Of a DNA stretch of 64,000 nucleotides, positions 8,827 to 18,404 are shown piece by piece (the stretch's first letter is position 1; the number at the start of each line of letters is the position of its first letter). Made by a program: the position numbers and the translations under genes. The notes under the pieces are model-generated. The model searched no databases and was not told the DNA's origin. It saw only the letters and a program-made list of their open reading frames with translations. This stretch comes from Shigella phage SHFML-26: the sequence record KX130862. The stretch is one strand, 5' to 3'.

Positions 8827-9849
8827 CTAGTTCAGTGCATTTAGTGCATTGTTCAGTTTAGAACGTTGCTTCGTAAGATTTTTGACTTTTTCTTGAGCTT
8901 TTTCCAGCATCTTTTCAGCTTCTAACACTTCATTAGTTGCTTTAACAAGTTCATCATCTACTGCCTTGATAGACTTCTCAATCGCATCCGCGTGCCATTT
9001 TTCAACAGGTTTAAGACTCGGATTTTCAACAGGAAGAAAATTCACTTTATTAAATTTCCATGCGTCTTTATTACCTGAGCTATACATCCAAAATTTAGGA
9101 TCGTTTGATGAGCAATTAGATAAATTTAAGTTATCTTGCACTTCCTGCTTTTTCTCTTGCGGGACTTCGTCCTTTCTCAAAAAATCGTATTTAAATGAAA
9201 CGATCATATCAAGTTCATATGTTGTTGTATGTTCCCAATTTCGCTCAAAACGAGGTAAAATCTTAGATTGAACAGCAGCAACAACATCCATATACTTAAA
9301 TGCTTCTGTCAGCTGTGATTTAAGACATTCACAAATTGAAAGAGAATTTTTAGTATTAGGCTTAAAGCTAATTCGTGCAGTTCTATTATTTTCTTTTAAT
9401 GGTCTTACTTCCATCTGAAGAGTATAACCATCAAATTTCAGATTCTTTAAGTTAATATCAGAGCCTTTTAATCGACTAGCAGTAGACAAAATTTGCTTTA
9501 ATTGTCTACGGAACAGAGCAATAAATCTCCATTCAATACGATAATGATTTGGATTGAAAAATCCAGATGATAAATCGACCTTACTTTGACCAACGCCTTG
9601 AACAATCAAAGGATTTTTATAATCAATAGTTTTACAGAAATCGGTGAGCTGTTCACGAGCAGTCATTTGCGTAATATACCCTGCTTTACTAAAATTACGC
9701 ACCCATTCGCTGCTATTCAGATATTTAAAGTGATGAATAGCACGATTAACTTTATCAGGGTCTAAATTATTTTCACACAAAAATGTCATAACATCACGAG
9801 TATAGCTGGCATTACGAACCATATCTTCAATTTGAGAACGAGTTTTCAT
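8827..9849 (-). CDS. hypothetical protein with C-terminal coiled coil (tandem family member 3)
   Basis: 340 aa; N-terminus MKTRSQIEDM; C-terminal coiled coil. Confidence 0.6.
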   Translation of the reverse strand: MKTRSQIEDMVRNASYTRDVMTFLCENNLDPDKVNRAIHHFKYLNSSEWVRNFSKAGYITQMTAREQLTDFCKTIDYKNPLIVQGVGQSKVDLSSGFFNPNHYRIEWRFIALFRRQLKQILSTASRLKGSDINLKNLKFDGYTLQMEVRPLKENNRTARISFKPNTKNSLSICECLKSQLTEAFKYMDVVAAVQSKILPRFERNWEHTTTYELDMIVSFKYDFLRKDEVPQEKKQEVQDNLNLSNCSSNDPKFWMYSSGNKDAWKFNKVNFLPVENPSLKPVEKWHADAIEKSIKAVDDELVKATNEVLEAEKMLEKAQEKVKNLTKQRSKLNNALNALN

Positions 9850-9857
9850 AGTGTTCC

Positions 9858-10763
9858 TTAAGATTTAAGTAAATCGACAATTTTAATTAACTTTTCACGC
9901 TCAGATTTAGCTTTACTACTCAGTCCAGATAGTCTGAAAATTTCATCATCATATTGTTGAATAGAAATATTTAGCTCTTCAATCTGCTTATTAAAATAAG
10001 CAATTTGTTCAGAATGTTTTTCATTACTACGAACTGGTACAGGTTTTGTAGGCAATTTAGTTGAACTGGATTCATCTGGGCGATAAATTAAAATACAACT
10101 TGAACCAATCGGACATTTAGCACCAGACACATATTCTAATGTTCCGGCTTCTTTTAAAACTTCAAAAGCTAAACAGAGATGATGCCCCATATTAACATAA
10201 TCAGTAGAGCGAGCTCTGATGTAATAATCATCTCCGCGAATACTAAATTTAAAGCATTTAAGGTCTTCTGTATTATTGGTCTTAAAAATCATTTGTTTAT
10301 CTAGACCTTTAGCTAATCGAGCGCCTAATGCTAATAATCGTCGTTGATTTTCCCACAAATCCGCAATCATTTGATCGAATGACAATTTCGGCATTAGTCT
10401 ACCATAAAGGTCATATCCTTTATTATAATTGCGAAGAATTTCACTCGCGTTAATACGAGACAACGCTCCAATTTTATTAAGGGCTTTCATGATGCGATTA
10501 GATAAACTCATTCCAGACCCGTTTGTTCGCTGTAAATGTTTTTCTAATCCAAATCCAATATCAACTTTAAATTTATCTAAAATTTTGGCATGAACATCTC
10601 TGTCAATAACATTCAAATCCAAAGTTGGGTTAAATCTATGAAAAAATTTATCTGGCTCTCCACGACGAAGTACAGTCCATTCATTCATCATTTTTTTATT
10701 AACTAAAGATTTAATTACTGCATTGACATTATTAATTACTACTGACATATTTTCCTCACTCAA
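9858..10763 (-). CDS. hypothetical protein with C-terminal coiled coil (tandem family member 4)
   Basis: 301 aa; C-terminal coiled coil. Confidence 0.6.
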   Translation of the reverse strand: MSEENMSVVINNVNAVIKSLVNKKMMNEWTVLRRGEPDKFFHRFNPTLDLNVIDRDVHAKILDKFKVDIGFGLEKHLQRTNGSGMSLSNRIMKALNKIGALSRINASEILRNYNKGYDLYGRLMPKLSFDQMIADLWENQRRLLALGARLAKGLDKQMIFKTNNTEDLKCFKFSIRGDDYYIRARSTDYVNMGHHLCLAFEVLKEAGTLEYVSGAKCPIGSSCILIYRPDESSSTKLPTKPVPVRSNEKHSEQIAYFNKQIEELNISIQQYDDEIFRLSGLSSKAKSEREKLIKIVDLLKS

Positions 10764-11164
10764 TTTTCAATTTTACTAAATACACAGAATATGATGGAAA
10801 AGACTATATAAGCACCGCACACAGATTGAACTAATACCATTCCAAAGAACCAAATAATATTATCAAACAGTGTCTGTTTTACGTCGAAAGGACGTAAACT
10901 TACAGTAATATTATCACCTTTTTCTATTGAAGAATACATCTCTGGGGAAATATATTCACTAAATCTATAACCGTCTTTGAGTTCATATACAGCAATAAAC
11001 GATAAACTAGACCCCTTTCCTTGAGTTCCTGTAAGGGTATTAACTACAGTAACATCATAATCTTTATAATGCATATAATCATTAATTGCGTAATAACCAT
11101 ATGCAACTACTACACATAAACAACATATCAATAAATTCAATCTTTTAATTATCAACTGTTTCAT
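10760..11164 (-). CDS. membrane protein
   Basis: N- and C-terminal hydrophobic helices. Confidence 0.55.
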   Translation of the reverse strand: MKQLIIKRLNLLICCLCVVVAYGYYAINDYMHYKDYDVTVVNTLTGTQGKGSSLSFIAVYELKDGYRFSEYISPEMYSSIEKGDNITVSLRPFDVKQTLFDNIIWFFGMVLVQSVCGAYIVFSIIFCVFSKIEN

Positions 11165-11219
11165 AATAATCTCAATTAAAAGGGCTTAGAACCATTATAC
11201 CATCCTTGGTATAAAGCGG

Positions 11220-11747
11220 TTATGCGAGTACCGTCTTTAACCGTTCTTCAAACTTCCGAAGAGTATTCTGGCGTTCAGCTCTTTGCTTTTTGTAAGTTTC
11301 AATACGCTCTGAAATGAGAGTGTATCGTTCATTTACTGATTCTTTCATAAAATCAGGAATTTCACGAGAAGCTTTAATCTCATCAAATTTATCAATAACA
11401 GCTTGCTCTTCAGCAATTAAGTTATCATACATCAAAATATCTTTCTTGATGAACTCAATATCTTCTTGAGTTACACGAGATAATTTAGATGCTTTATCCT
11501 TTTTGTATTGTTCGTTAGTATCACGAGACCAGTGTAATGTACGATTTTTATTCGTATTCTTGTAAATTTCTACAATACCAATCTCATCAATAATAACGAT
11601 CCAATTCCAACGGGATTTGTAAATTTGTCCTCCATCAACTGTAATTTCACCTCCGATTGAGATGTCATTAAAGAACTTGCTTTGTGCTTCAGATTTAAAT
11701 TTACCATCGTTGTAATTTACCAGGTTGAAAATATCTTTAGCGTTCAT
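11220..11747 (-). CDS. hypothetical protein
   Basis: Start taken at MNAKDIF; the longer track ORF reads through the upstream promoter motif. Confidence 0.55.
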   Translation of the reverse strand: MNAKDIFNLVNYNDGKFKSEAQSKFFNDISIGGEITVDGGQIYKSRWNWIVIIDEIGIVEIYKNTNKNRTLHWSRDTNEQYKKDKASKLSRVTQEDIEFIKKDILMYDNLIAEEQAVIDKFDEIKASREIPDFMKESVNERYTLISERIETYKKQRAERQNTLRKFEERLKTVLA

Positions 11748-11754
11748 TTTGTGT

Positions 11755-11820
11755 TCCTCCGTAGTTGATAGTTGTATAGTACCACAGAGGAACGGTCTTG
11801 TAAACAACTAAAAGAAACTT
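11755..11820 (-). promoter_or_regulatory. T4 early-type promoter
   Basis: Plus strand GTAGTTGATAGTTGTATAGTACC...TGTAAAC = minus-strand GTTTACA -35 and GGTACTATAC -10. Confidence 0.5.
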
Positions 11821-12122
11821 CTTTCACAATTTTTTCCACTGAACCAAGCGCTCACTGCTTTCTTAGTCTCAGGAGCGGTGTTATCCATAAACCATTCAAA
11901 GGCAGCCTTTTTATGATTCTGGAGGGCTTCTCGGGCTTTAATCTGCTCACGGTCTATTAACACTAACATATGAGCCTTTCTTGTCACCATGGGCTTCTTA
12001 TGATTTTTTGAATACTCCCAATCATTTGTCCATCGCATTGTCGTTGCGAACTGAAATACTGCTTCTTTAATTTTAGTTTCGTAAATTTCACGAGCCTTTG
12101 AGTATAACATCATTACCTCCAT
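11808..12122 (-). CDS. hypothetical protein
   Basis: 104-aa ORF. Confidence 0.5.
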   Translation of the reverse strand: MEVMMLYSKAREIYETKIKEAVFQFATTMRWTNDWEYSKNHKKPMVTRKAHMLVLIDREQIKAREALQNHKKAAFEWFMDNTAPETKKAVSAWFSGKNCERSFF

Positions 12123-12212
12123 TTACCAGTTTAATTCTAGTCATCTTTTTAATGGCAGTCCATATAATCTATTTCTGAACTGCCTTTTTGTCTTAGAAGT
12201 CCTCTTATGAAT

Positions 12213-13193
12213 TTATTTCAGAAGAGTAACCTCAGCGATTTCTTCCCAACCGTTTTTGTCGGTCATAATAAAGTCAGCAAGATAAAGAGCAGTACGCAGT
12301 GAAACATTACGTAAACGGTTAACATTGACTTTCATCCATGATAATGCTTTATAAGTTTCTTCATCAGAAAGACCGCGCTTTTGCATCATGTCGGTTGAAA
12401 GAATAACATCTTCAACCCTGACCATAATTTCTTCATTAGTGTGAACACCCAAATCTAAATAAACTGAGCGGGACACTAATGCTTGTAAATGTGGAGCAAG
12501 TTTAGTACCACGGTCTAATTCGCGGTCAATATCAACGTTTGTGATAAAAACAATTGTTCCTTTAAATTCAAACTCACGGTCAATGCCTTTTTCTTCTAAG
12601 TAAGAAGATGCAGTGCTCCAGCAGACTTTACGGGTCTCTCCAGTGTCCAGAGCAGCTTTCAGAAGATTAAGAATGTCCATATCAGAGAAAACATCCACAT
12701 CATCAATCAAAAGGACAGAATTCTCTTCACGATTATTCCAAAGCTGCTCATAAAGACCAATACCAGAGATTTTACCATTAATGCTTTTATATTCAATGTA
12801 TCCAATATCATTTGCTTTATTCAAAGCTTTATCTAAAGAATACGTTTTACCAATACCCGCCGCACCAGAGATAATTAATGAACGAATGTTTCCGTTAATA
12901 ATACCATTCGTCATCATTCCCATAACATTAAATCTTTTATTAATGCGGGTTTTCATATCTTCATACGATTCTTTAACTTCTTCAACTTTTACACCATCAT
13001 ATGAAATGTCTGATTTGTAAACCCAAACACCGCGACGCTTACCGTCAATTTCAACAAAAACTTTACCATCTCCTTGTGCATCTACCGGAGCATTATCTGG
13101 GAACCATTCGCCTAAGAGCTCAAAAGTTCCAGAGATTTCTTTACCGAAGTAGATACCCTTATTGATAGTTACAGTTTTCATTTTATTCTCCAA
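12213..13193 (-). CDS. AAA+/P-loop ATPase
   Basis: Walker A GAAGIGKT and Walker B VLLIDDVD; 326 aa. Confidence 0.7.
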   Translation of the reverse strand: MENKMKTVTINKGIYFGKEISGTFELLGEWFPDNAPVDAQGDGKVFVEIDGKRRGVWVYKSDISYDGVKVEEVKESYEDMKTRINKRFNVMGMMTNGIINGNIRSLIISGAAGIGKTYSLDKALNKANDIGYIEYKSINGKISGIGLYEQLWNNREENSVLLIDDVDVFSDMDILNLLKAALDTGETRKVCWSTASSYLEEKGIDREFEFKGTIVFITNVDIDRELDRGTKLAPHLQALVSRSVYLDLGVHTNEEIMVRVEDVILSTDMMQKRGLSDEETYKALSWMKVNVNRLRNVSLRTALYLADFIMTDKNGWEEIAEVTLLK

Positions 13194-13195
13194 AT

Positions 13196-13262
13196 CCGTA
13201 TTAGTTGATAGTTGTATAGTACCATAAAGCTTTATGCTTGTAAACCGTTTTGTGAAAAATTT
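13196..13262 (-). promoter_or_regulatory. T4 early-type promoter
   Basis: Plus strand TTAGTTGATAGTTGTATAGTACC...TGTAAACC...TTTTGAAATA; near-identical to motif at 11755-11820 and 27930-28000. Confidence 0.5.
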
Positions 13263-13264
13263 TT

Positions 13265-13293
13265 GAAATAAAAAAGGGAGCCCGAAGGCTCCC
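13265..13293 (-). terminator. rho-independent terminator (UUCG tetraloop hairpin + U-run)
   Basis: Minus strand GGGAGCC-TTCG-GGCTCCC followed by TTTTTT, downstream of the NTase gene stop. Confidence 0.6.
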
Positions 13294-13295
13294 TA

Positions 13296-14309
13296 TCATT
13301 TATAATAACTTCGGTGGTTTTCAAGATAGACCTTCTCAAGGAAGTCATCCCAGAAACCCATGTCTACTTTTTGCTGCATACCGTTCTTAGAAGCTTCAGT
13401 AGATGCTGCTTCTACTTGATCGACCACATCTTCCAAAAACTCTTGAACCGTTTTAAATGGATGTTTACCCAACTTCACGTCGAGAATAAATGGAGCGTCT
13501 TGAAGTGGATAAATCAAGTCGCCAGTTTTGTAAATTTCCAATAGTTGGAGTCCACCACGACAAGCATGGCTCAGAGCTTTCCAGTCAATACCTTCATTGG
13601 CTTCAGCCTTACGAGCGCGTTCACCATATTCAGCATCTAATTTGTTCAGTGACTGCTTAAGCTCAATAAGAGAAAGAGTTGTCTGATATTTACGACCCAA
13701 CACTGTGTAAAACGTCTGTGGGCCTGTTTTCTCATGATTATGGAACACCCATTCACAGAATTCGTTTTCTGGAAGACGATGCTTAATATCTTCAACTTTA
13801 GTGCGACGCTGCTTAATAGAACCATCTTCTTGATAATCAATCCATTGCTCAGGGATTTGATTAACTACTTTCAATACATCACGTAATGCAGCCAAACGAG
13901 AACCCTTGACACCGTATTTAGAAGCTTGCTTACGGACATATCCTAAATAGGATTTCATGTTAGTCGTATAAAAACGAGAACGGTTGTCTTGAATAAACTT
14001 CCATACATCAGGCAAATCGGATTTAACCACTAGTTCAGGTGGAGTGTGAAGCATATCCAACGCTACAGTTTCACCATCTGCTGCTAATTTAAAGAAATAC
14101 TTAAGACTGTATAGTTCATGGTCAATATCATCTTTAGTGTTTTTAGATGATGTGTTGTTAGTGTTTTTACTCATATGCTCTTTAACATTTCCGATAAGAA
14201 TATCGCGAGCAGGAGGAACAAAGATTTCTTTAAAATCTACATCAGATTCTGGGGTAGAAGTTCCATAAAGATGACTACCAAAATAGCTTTTCATTACTGT
14301 TTTCATCAT
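13296..14309 (-). CDS. Pol-beta superfamily nucleotidyltransferase-like protein
   Basis: GS-x10-DVD signature (GSHLYGTSTPESDVDF) near N-terminus; 337 aa. Confidence 0.6.
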   Translation of the reverse strand: MMKTVMKSYFGSHLYGTSTPESDVDFKEIFVPPARDILIGNVKEHMSKNTNNTSSKNTKDDIDHELYSLKYFFKLAADGETVALDMLHTPPELVVKSDLPDVWKFIQDNRSRFYTTNMKSYLGYVRKQASKYGVKGSRLAALRDVLKVVNQIPEQWIDYQEDGSIKQRRTKVEDIKHRLPENEFCEWVFHNHEKTGPQTFYTVLGRKYQTTLSLIELKQSLNKLDAEYGERARKAEANEGIDWKALSHACRGGLQLLEIYKTGDLIYPLQDAPFILDVKLGKHPFKTVQEFLEDVVDQVEAASTEASKNGMQQKVDMGFWDDFLEKVYLENHRSYYK

Positions 14310-14767
14310 TCAGCCTTATATTCAATAACAGGACATACTTTAGCTTTACGAGCTTTTAAAAATTCAACGATAATCGATTTCTTGGGTTGAATAGGAGGTA
14401 AACCTTTATACGCCCTATCAATATTTTCTACGTGTAAAGCATAATCCTTTTTCCATTTATAATCTTTATATTTTTCACGCAAATGTGCAGGAATAACAAA
14501 TGAACCGATAATAAGTAAAACAACCAAAAGCGCAAGTATAAATGCCGATGGAAGAAGAGTCCATAAACTACCGAAAATAAGCCAACGTTGTAGGCTTTCT
14601 GCACAAATAATTGTTAGCCCTACGAGTATAGCACATCCAAAAATAGAAACGAAAAATGTAGGAATGGCAATAGACCAAAAATATGCGCATAGTGTCTTAG
14701 GTCGTTGCCATTCATCGTTAAATAGTTTAAATAATTTATAGTGCCAAGAGTTTTCATTAATAATCAT
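14306..14767 (-). CDS. membrane protein
   Basis: Two or three hydrophobic helices. Confidence 0.55.
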   Translation of the reverse strand: MIINENSWHYKLFKLFNDEWQRPKTLCAYFWSIAIPTFFVSIFGCAILVGLTIICAESLQRWLIFGSLWTLLPSAFILALLVVLLIIGSFVIPAHLREKYKDYKWKKDYALHVENIDRAYKGLPPIQPKKSIIVEFLKARKAKVCPVIEYKAE

Positions 14768-14769
14768 AA

Positions 14770-15291
14770 TTATCCTTTCATTGAAGGCGTAACAGTTGTT
14801 AAATACTTAATCATAGCCTCAGCTTCTGATTTTGATAATGAAATTTCTCCATTGTTTTGACGAATAGAAATAAAATCCGGATGACGGTCACCACCAGCTT
14901 TTAAAACACACATATAAGTATCAGTTTCATCTTCAATATTTGAAATGATTGAAGCAGTTCCACATGAATGCGGTTTTTGATAAATCAATACAGCTTTTCT
15001 TCCGCCATTTGACTGTTCATAAACTTTTAATACATCAAACAAATCACTTCTTTTATCAATAGCTAAAATGTTATTTTCATCTTCAATGTTAAATCCTTCG
15101 GATACTTCATAAAGTGTCACCCATAAATCGCCAATATCAATAACAGCGTTCACTTTTCCATGACTTTCAAGAGCATGACAAATTTTCTTGATTTCGTCAT
15201 AACTCATTTTAATAATATCATCTCCTTGAATAAGAAAGATGTCATTTTTAAATTCAACACGAATTAAACCACTTCCACTTGAAATAAACAT
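14770..15291 (-). CDS. hypothetical protein (paralog A)
   Basis: C-terminus SKSEAEAMIKYLTTVTPSMKG resembles neighbour. Confidence 0.55.
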   Translation of the reverse strand: MFISSGSGLIRVEFKNDIFLIQGDDIIKMSYDEIKKICHALESHGKVNAVIDIGDLWVTLYEVSEGFNIEDENNILAIDKRSDLFDVLKVYEQSNGGRKAVLIYQKPHSCGTASIISNIEDETDTYMCVLKAGGDRHPDFISIRQNNGEISLSKSEAEAMIKYLTTVTPSMKG

Positions 15292-15297
15292 ATTTCC

Positions 15298-15855
15298 TCA
15301 CTTTGAAATCATAGTTGGAATGACAGAATCAAGATAAGTCTTTAGTGCAATAGCTTCGTCTTTGGTAAATGTGACAATATGTGATCGAAAATCGTCGATT
15401 TGGCGAATAGTTAAGACATCTCCCTCTTCATAACATTTTGATACATTTAAAAGAGTTTCATCATTCTGATTGCAAGCGTTAGTAATAATAGCATTGCAAT
15501 TTTTGAGCCATTTTAAACTATGTTTTCTTTCATTAGAATAATAAAAATATTTAATCTTAGCTATAAAACTATCCCAATGGATAACTGATAAACACATTGA
15601 CTCACTTTTAATATTAAATCCTGGGCATGAAGAATAAAAATGAATTTTGTGCTCATCATTGATACTTACTATTTTATCAGTATAAGGATATTCAATTTGG
15701 GTTAAATGAATGATTTCACTAGGCGTAAAATATAGCATATCGTCTTCTTGCGTCAAACGATACATGTTATTTACTTTTTCTATAGCCAATTCACCAAAAA
15801 GCGGACTAACTTCTAATACTAATCGTTTCATATTGATTCTCTTCGACTCACTCAC
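15298..15855 (-). CDS. hypothetical protein (paralog B)
   Basis: C-terminus TKDEAIALKTYLDSVIPTMISK resembles neighbour. Confidence 0.55.
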   Translation of the reverse strand: MSESKRINMKRLVLEVSPLFGELAIEKVNNMYRLTQEDDMLYFTPSEIIHLTQIEYPYTDKIVSINDEHKIHFYSSCPGFNIKSESMCLSVIHWDSFIAKIKYFYYSNERKHSLKWLKNCNAIITNACNQNDETLLNVSKCYEEGDVLTIRQIDDFRSHIVTFTKDEAIALKTYLDSVIPTMISK

Positions 15856-15959
15856 AATTACATACTCCTTTGAATAATATCAATAATGTTGTTCATCAGA
15901 TTATAAGTAAACATTGGGTAATTATATTGAATCATTACATACACAACAAACAAAACTTT

Positions 15960-16030
15960 CATTCTCTTCTCCTTGACAGTTGACAAGATTACTATACCAT
16001 AACCTTGCCAACTTGTAAACCGTTAAATGT
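15960..16030 (-). promoter_or_regulatory. T4 early-type promoter
   Basis: Minus strand GTTTACAAGTTGGCAAGGTTATGGTATAGT with A/T-rich upstream region. Confidence 0.45.
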
Positions 16031-16185
16031 TGTTTTCAATAAAATTCTGAAGCTTTGTGTGAGCATCAACCATGATTTTCATTTCTTCCTTTGCGAAAGC
16101 TGTACCTCTTTCCCGAGCAGAATACTCATAGTCAGAAACTGCATTAGCATATTCTTCAATTAGCTTCATTAAAAACATCTGCTTT

Positions 16186-16380
16186 TCAGTTTTCATTATT
16201 CCACCTAATCATTTCAAGATATTGGACTAACTTAGCTTTAGATTTATCCAAATCCCTTTTAGCTGATTCTATACCATCGTATGAATATCCTTCACAATGC
16301 TCAACTGCTAATTGATATGAATCTATTTCAACATCACGTGCTAATTTAATGATTTTTTCAAACTGTTCGTGCGTTAGCAT
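16186..16380 (-). CDS. hypothetical small protein
   Basis: 64-aa ORF. Confidence 0.45.
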   Translation of the reverse strand: MLTHEQFEKIIKLARDVEIDSYQLAVEHCEGYSYDGIESAKRDLDKSKAKLVQYLEMIRWNNEN

Positions 16381-16382
16381 AC

Positions 16383-16583
16383 TTAAACTCTCGTATTATG
16401 ATCGATAATTTCATCAAGAAACATATCTAACGCTTCTAAAGCATTATCGACTTTAGTTTCAAAGTCTTTAATGCCTTTATTCGAAATACCCGATGAATAC
16501 CAAGCAAAGTCAATCAGCTCTTCATCTGCTTTACGAATTGAAGCCACTAATTCCTTAATTTTATCCGCTTGCTTTTCAGTTTT
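16383..16583 (-). CDS. hypothetical small protein (MKTEKQ family)
   Basis: Start at [13 protein letters not shown]; same N-terminus and upstream sequence as an unlisted 57-aa ORF near 16033-16205. Confidence 0.45.
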   Translation of the reverse strand, partial: KTEKQADKIKELVASIRKADEELIDFAWYSSGISNKGIKDFETKVDNALEALDMFLDEIIDHNTRV

Positions 16584-16585
16584 CA

Positions 16586-16819
16586 TTATTCCACCACATA
16601 TGACAGAGAGAATATTGCACACGCCATATGAGTTGCAGCTTCATCACACATATCATAACGTTTCTTAAGAAGTTCTACAAGTTCTTCACTAGTAACTTCA
16701 TCCATGTCGACGAAAAAATCACCATTAATGATGACGTAGATATTTCCTTCTTGATTAAGTGCTTCAATTTTCATGATGTTCTCCTCTTTATCCGATAGTT
16801 GTATAGTATCACAGTTCAA
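16586..16819 (-). CDS. hypothetical small acidic protein
   Basis: 77-aa ORF. Confidence 0.45.
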   Translation of the reverse strand: MNCDTIQLSDKEENIMKIEALNQEGNIYVIINGDFFVDMDEVTSEELVELLKKRYDMCDEAATHMACAIFSLSYVVE

Positions 16820-16850
16820 ATGGAAAGTAAACCGGTAAAATGAAAAAAGT

Positions 16851-16873
16851 CTCCCGAAGGAGACTAATGTTAT
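16851..16873 (-). terminator. hairpin with UUCG loop + U-run
   Basis: Minus strand GTCTCC-TTCG-GGAGAC followed by TTTTTTC; overlaps stop of upstream gene. Confidence 0.5.
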
Positions 16874-17256
16874 TCGAGGGAAAGAAGATATTTACTCTGG
16901 TAAAACATCCCAGTAATATCATCTATCGTGCTTTGAATGGCTGGAGGCATTTCTTTATAAATGCTGTTAGATTGGTCTAGTATGCGATCAATCATTTTAA
17001 TTGTGTCGGTAGGAAGTTTACTGGCATCTGGAATAGAAGGCGTGTATTTTCTACCAGAATACCCCAAATATTGCTCACCAAATTTATCAATCAAATCTGG
17101 CAACTCAGAGAAAATAAAATCGTATGCTTTGTGTCTAGCATAACTTTTAGTTTCAAAATGCGCAGAATGAAAATAAGCTTGTGCAGCCATTAATAAACCT
17201 AAGTATTCATCTGCCTTTGAAGGTTTTCCACTTTGTGAAAAGTCGCTGAATTTCAT
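16870..17256 (-). CDS. hypothetical protein
   Basis: 128-aa ORF immediately downstream of rI. Confidence 0.5.
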   Translation of the reverse strand: MKFSDFSQSGKPSKADEYLGLLMAAQAYFHSAHFETKSYARHKAYDFIFSELPDLIDKFGEQYLGYSGRKYTPSIPDASKLPTDTIKMIDRILDQSNSIYKEMPPAIQSTIDDITGMFYQSKYLLSLE

Positions 17257-17546
17257 TCAGTCTCCAATTTAATGTTCATAATTCTAGCGTATGATTGTGC
17301 CATCTCCGCGCCTCGCTCTATACATTCAAAATCAGAAGAGCACGGGTCATTTTTATAAGTCGTTCGCATAAAACTATAGAACTGTTCAGATGATTCTACG
17401 CTTTTATTTTCAAAAAGCATATAAACGTGTCTAATACCAGATTCCATAAATTTATCAAAATGAGGATCGACATTCGCTTCAATTGGTGGAGATAAAGCAA
17501 ACGCTAATCCTAGCATGGCAAATAGTGCCGTTGCTTTTAAGGCCAT
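17253..17546 (-). CDS. rI: lysis inhibition regulator RI
   Basis: 97 aa, N-terminal signal-anchor MALKATALFAMLGLAFALS; T4 position next to tk. Confidence 0.85.
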   Translation of the reverse strand: MALKATALFAMLGLAFALSPPIEANVDPHFDKFMESGIRHVYMLFENKSVESSEQFYSFMRTTYKNDPCSSDFECIERGAEMAQSYARIMNIKLETE

Positions 17547-17558
17547 AAAGGCCTCCTA

Positions 17559-17771
17559 TCATTTTTGTCCTGTATTTACTTTATGCCGATGCACGGCCTT
17601 AACTTTATCAAGGTATTTTTCAAAATTTCGCAATCTAGTATAGTCTGCCGGAGATTGGTTGAGTGATACTTCTCGACGCAAAGCTGAAATGATATTTCCA
17701 ACTTCCCTACGAATTTCATCTAATTGAAGAACAGTAAGATTGCGAAGTTGCTTTTCAGTTAATTGTAGCAT
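17559..17771 (-). CDS. hypothetical protein
   Basis: 70-aa basic ORF. Confidence 0.45.
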
Positions 17772-17813
17772 ATATACCCCTTTAGTTAGATAAACCTATT
17801 TATAACTTTTGCA

Positions 17814-18395
17814 CTAACCGAGCTTTTTAGTTAATTCGTTCCAATGTTTTCTACACAAAGAAACATAAATTTCATCACCAATACAGATTTGATTACCTTC
17901 TTTAACTGGTGTTCCATCTTCCATTAATCGAGCTGTCATAATAGCTTTTTTACCACAATGACAAACTGCCTTTAGTTCAATAAGTTTATCTGCAATCGCC
18001 AAAAGTTCTTTAGAACCTTCAAATAATTTTCCAGCGAAATCAGTCCTTAGCCCATAAGCCATAACAGGAACATTATATGTATCAACAATTCGACTTAATT
18101 GATGCACCTGTTCGGTTTTTAAAAACTGAGCTTCATCTACAAATACACAATGAATATCTTTTTGTGCTTCAGCCCATTTATAGAACTCAAAAATATCCAT
18201 ATCATCCGTAATAATATTCGCTTCCTGCTTAATTCCAATGCGAGAAACGACTTCACAGACAGAATCACGAGTATCAATAGCAGGCTTAAGAACTAATACA
18301 CCCATTCCGCGTTCTTTATAATTATGTGCAGCAGTCAAAAGAGAAGCAGATTTTCCAGCATTCATTGCTGCGTAAGTAAAAATTAAACTCGCCAT
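17814..18395 (-). CDS. tk: thymidine kinase
   Basis: 193 aa; P-loop AAMNAGKS, C-terminal Zn ribbon CHCG...C; T4 Tk length. Confidence 0.9.
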   Translation of the reverse strand: MASLIFTYAAMNAGKSASLLTAAHNYKERGMGVLVLKPAIDTRDSVCEVVSRIGIKQEANIITDDMDIFEFYKWAEAQKDIHCVFVDEAQFLKTEQVHQLSRIVDTYNVPVMAYGLRTDFAGKLFEGSKELLAIADKLIELKAVCHCGKKAIMTARLMEDGTPVKEGNQICIGDEIYVSLCRKHWNELTKKLG

Positions 18396-18404
18396 ATCAC
18401 CTTC

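Noticed and set aside
11220-11807. N-terminal extensions of several track ORFs containing GTIQLSTT-like peptides (11220-11807, 27641-28024, 31093-31419)
   Set aside because: These residues are the translation of the conserved early-promoter motif; the true starts are the internal ATGs downstream of the promoter.
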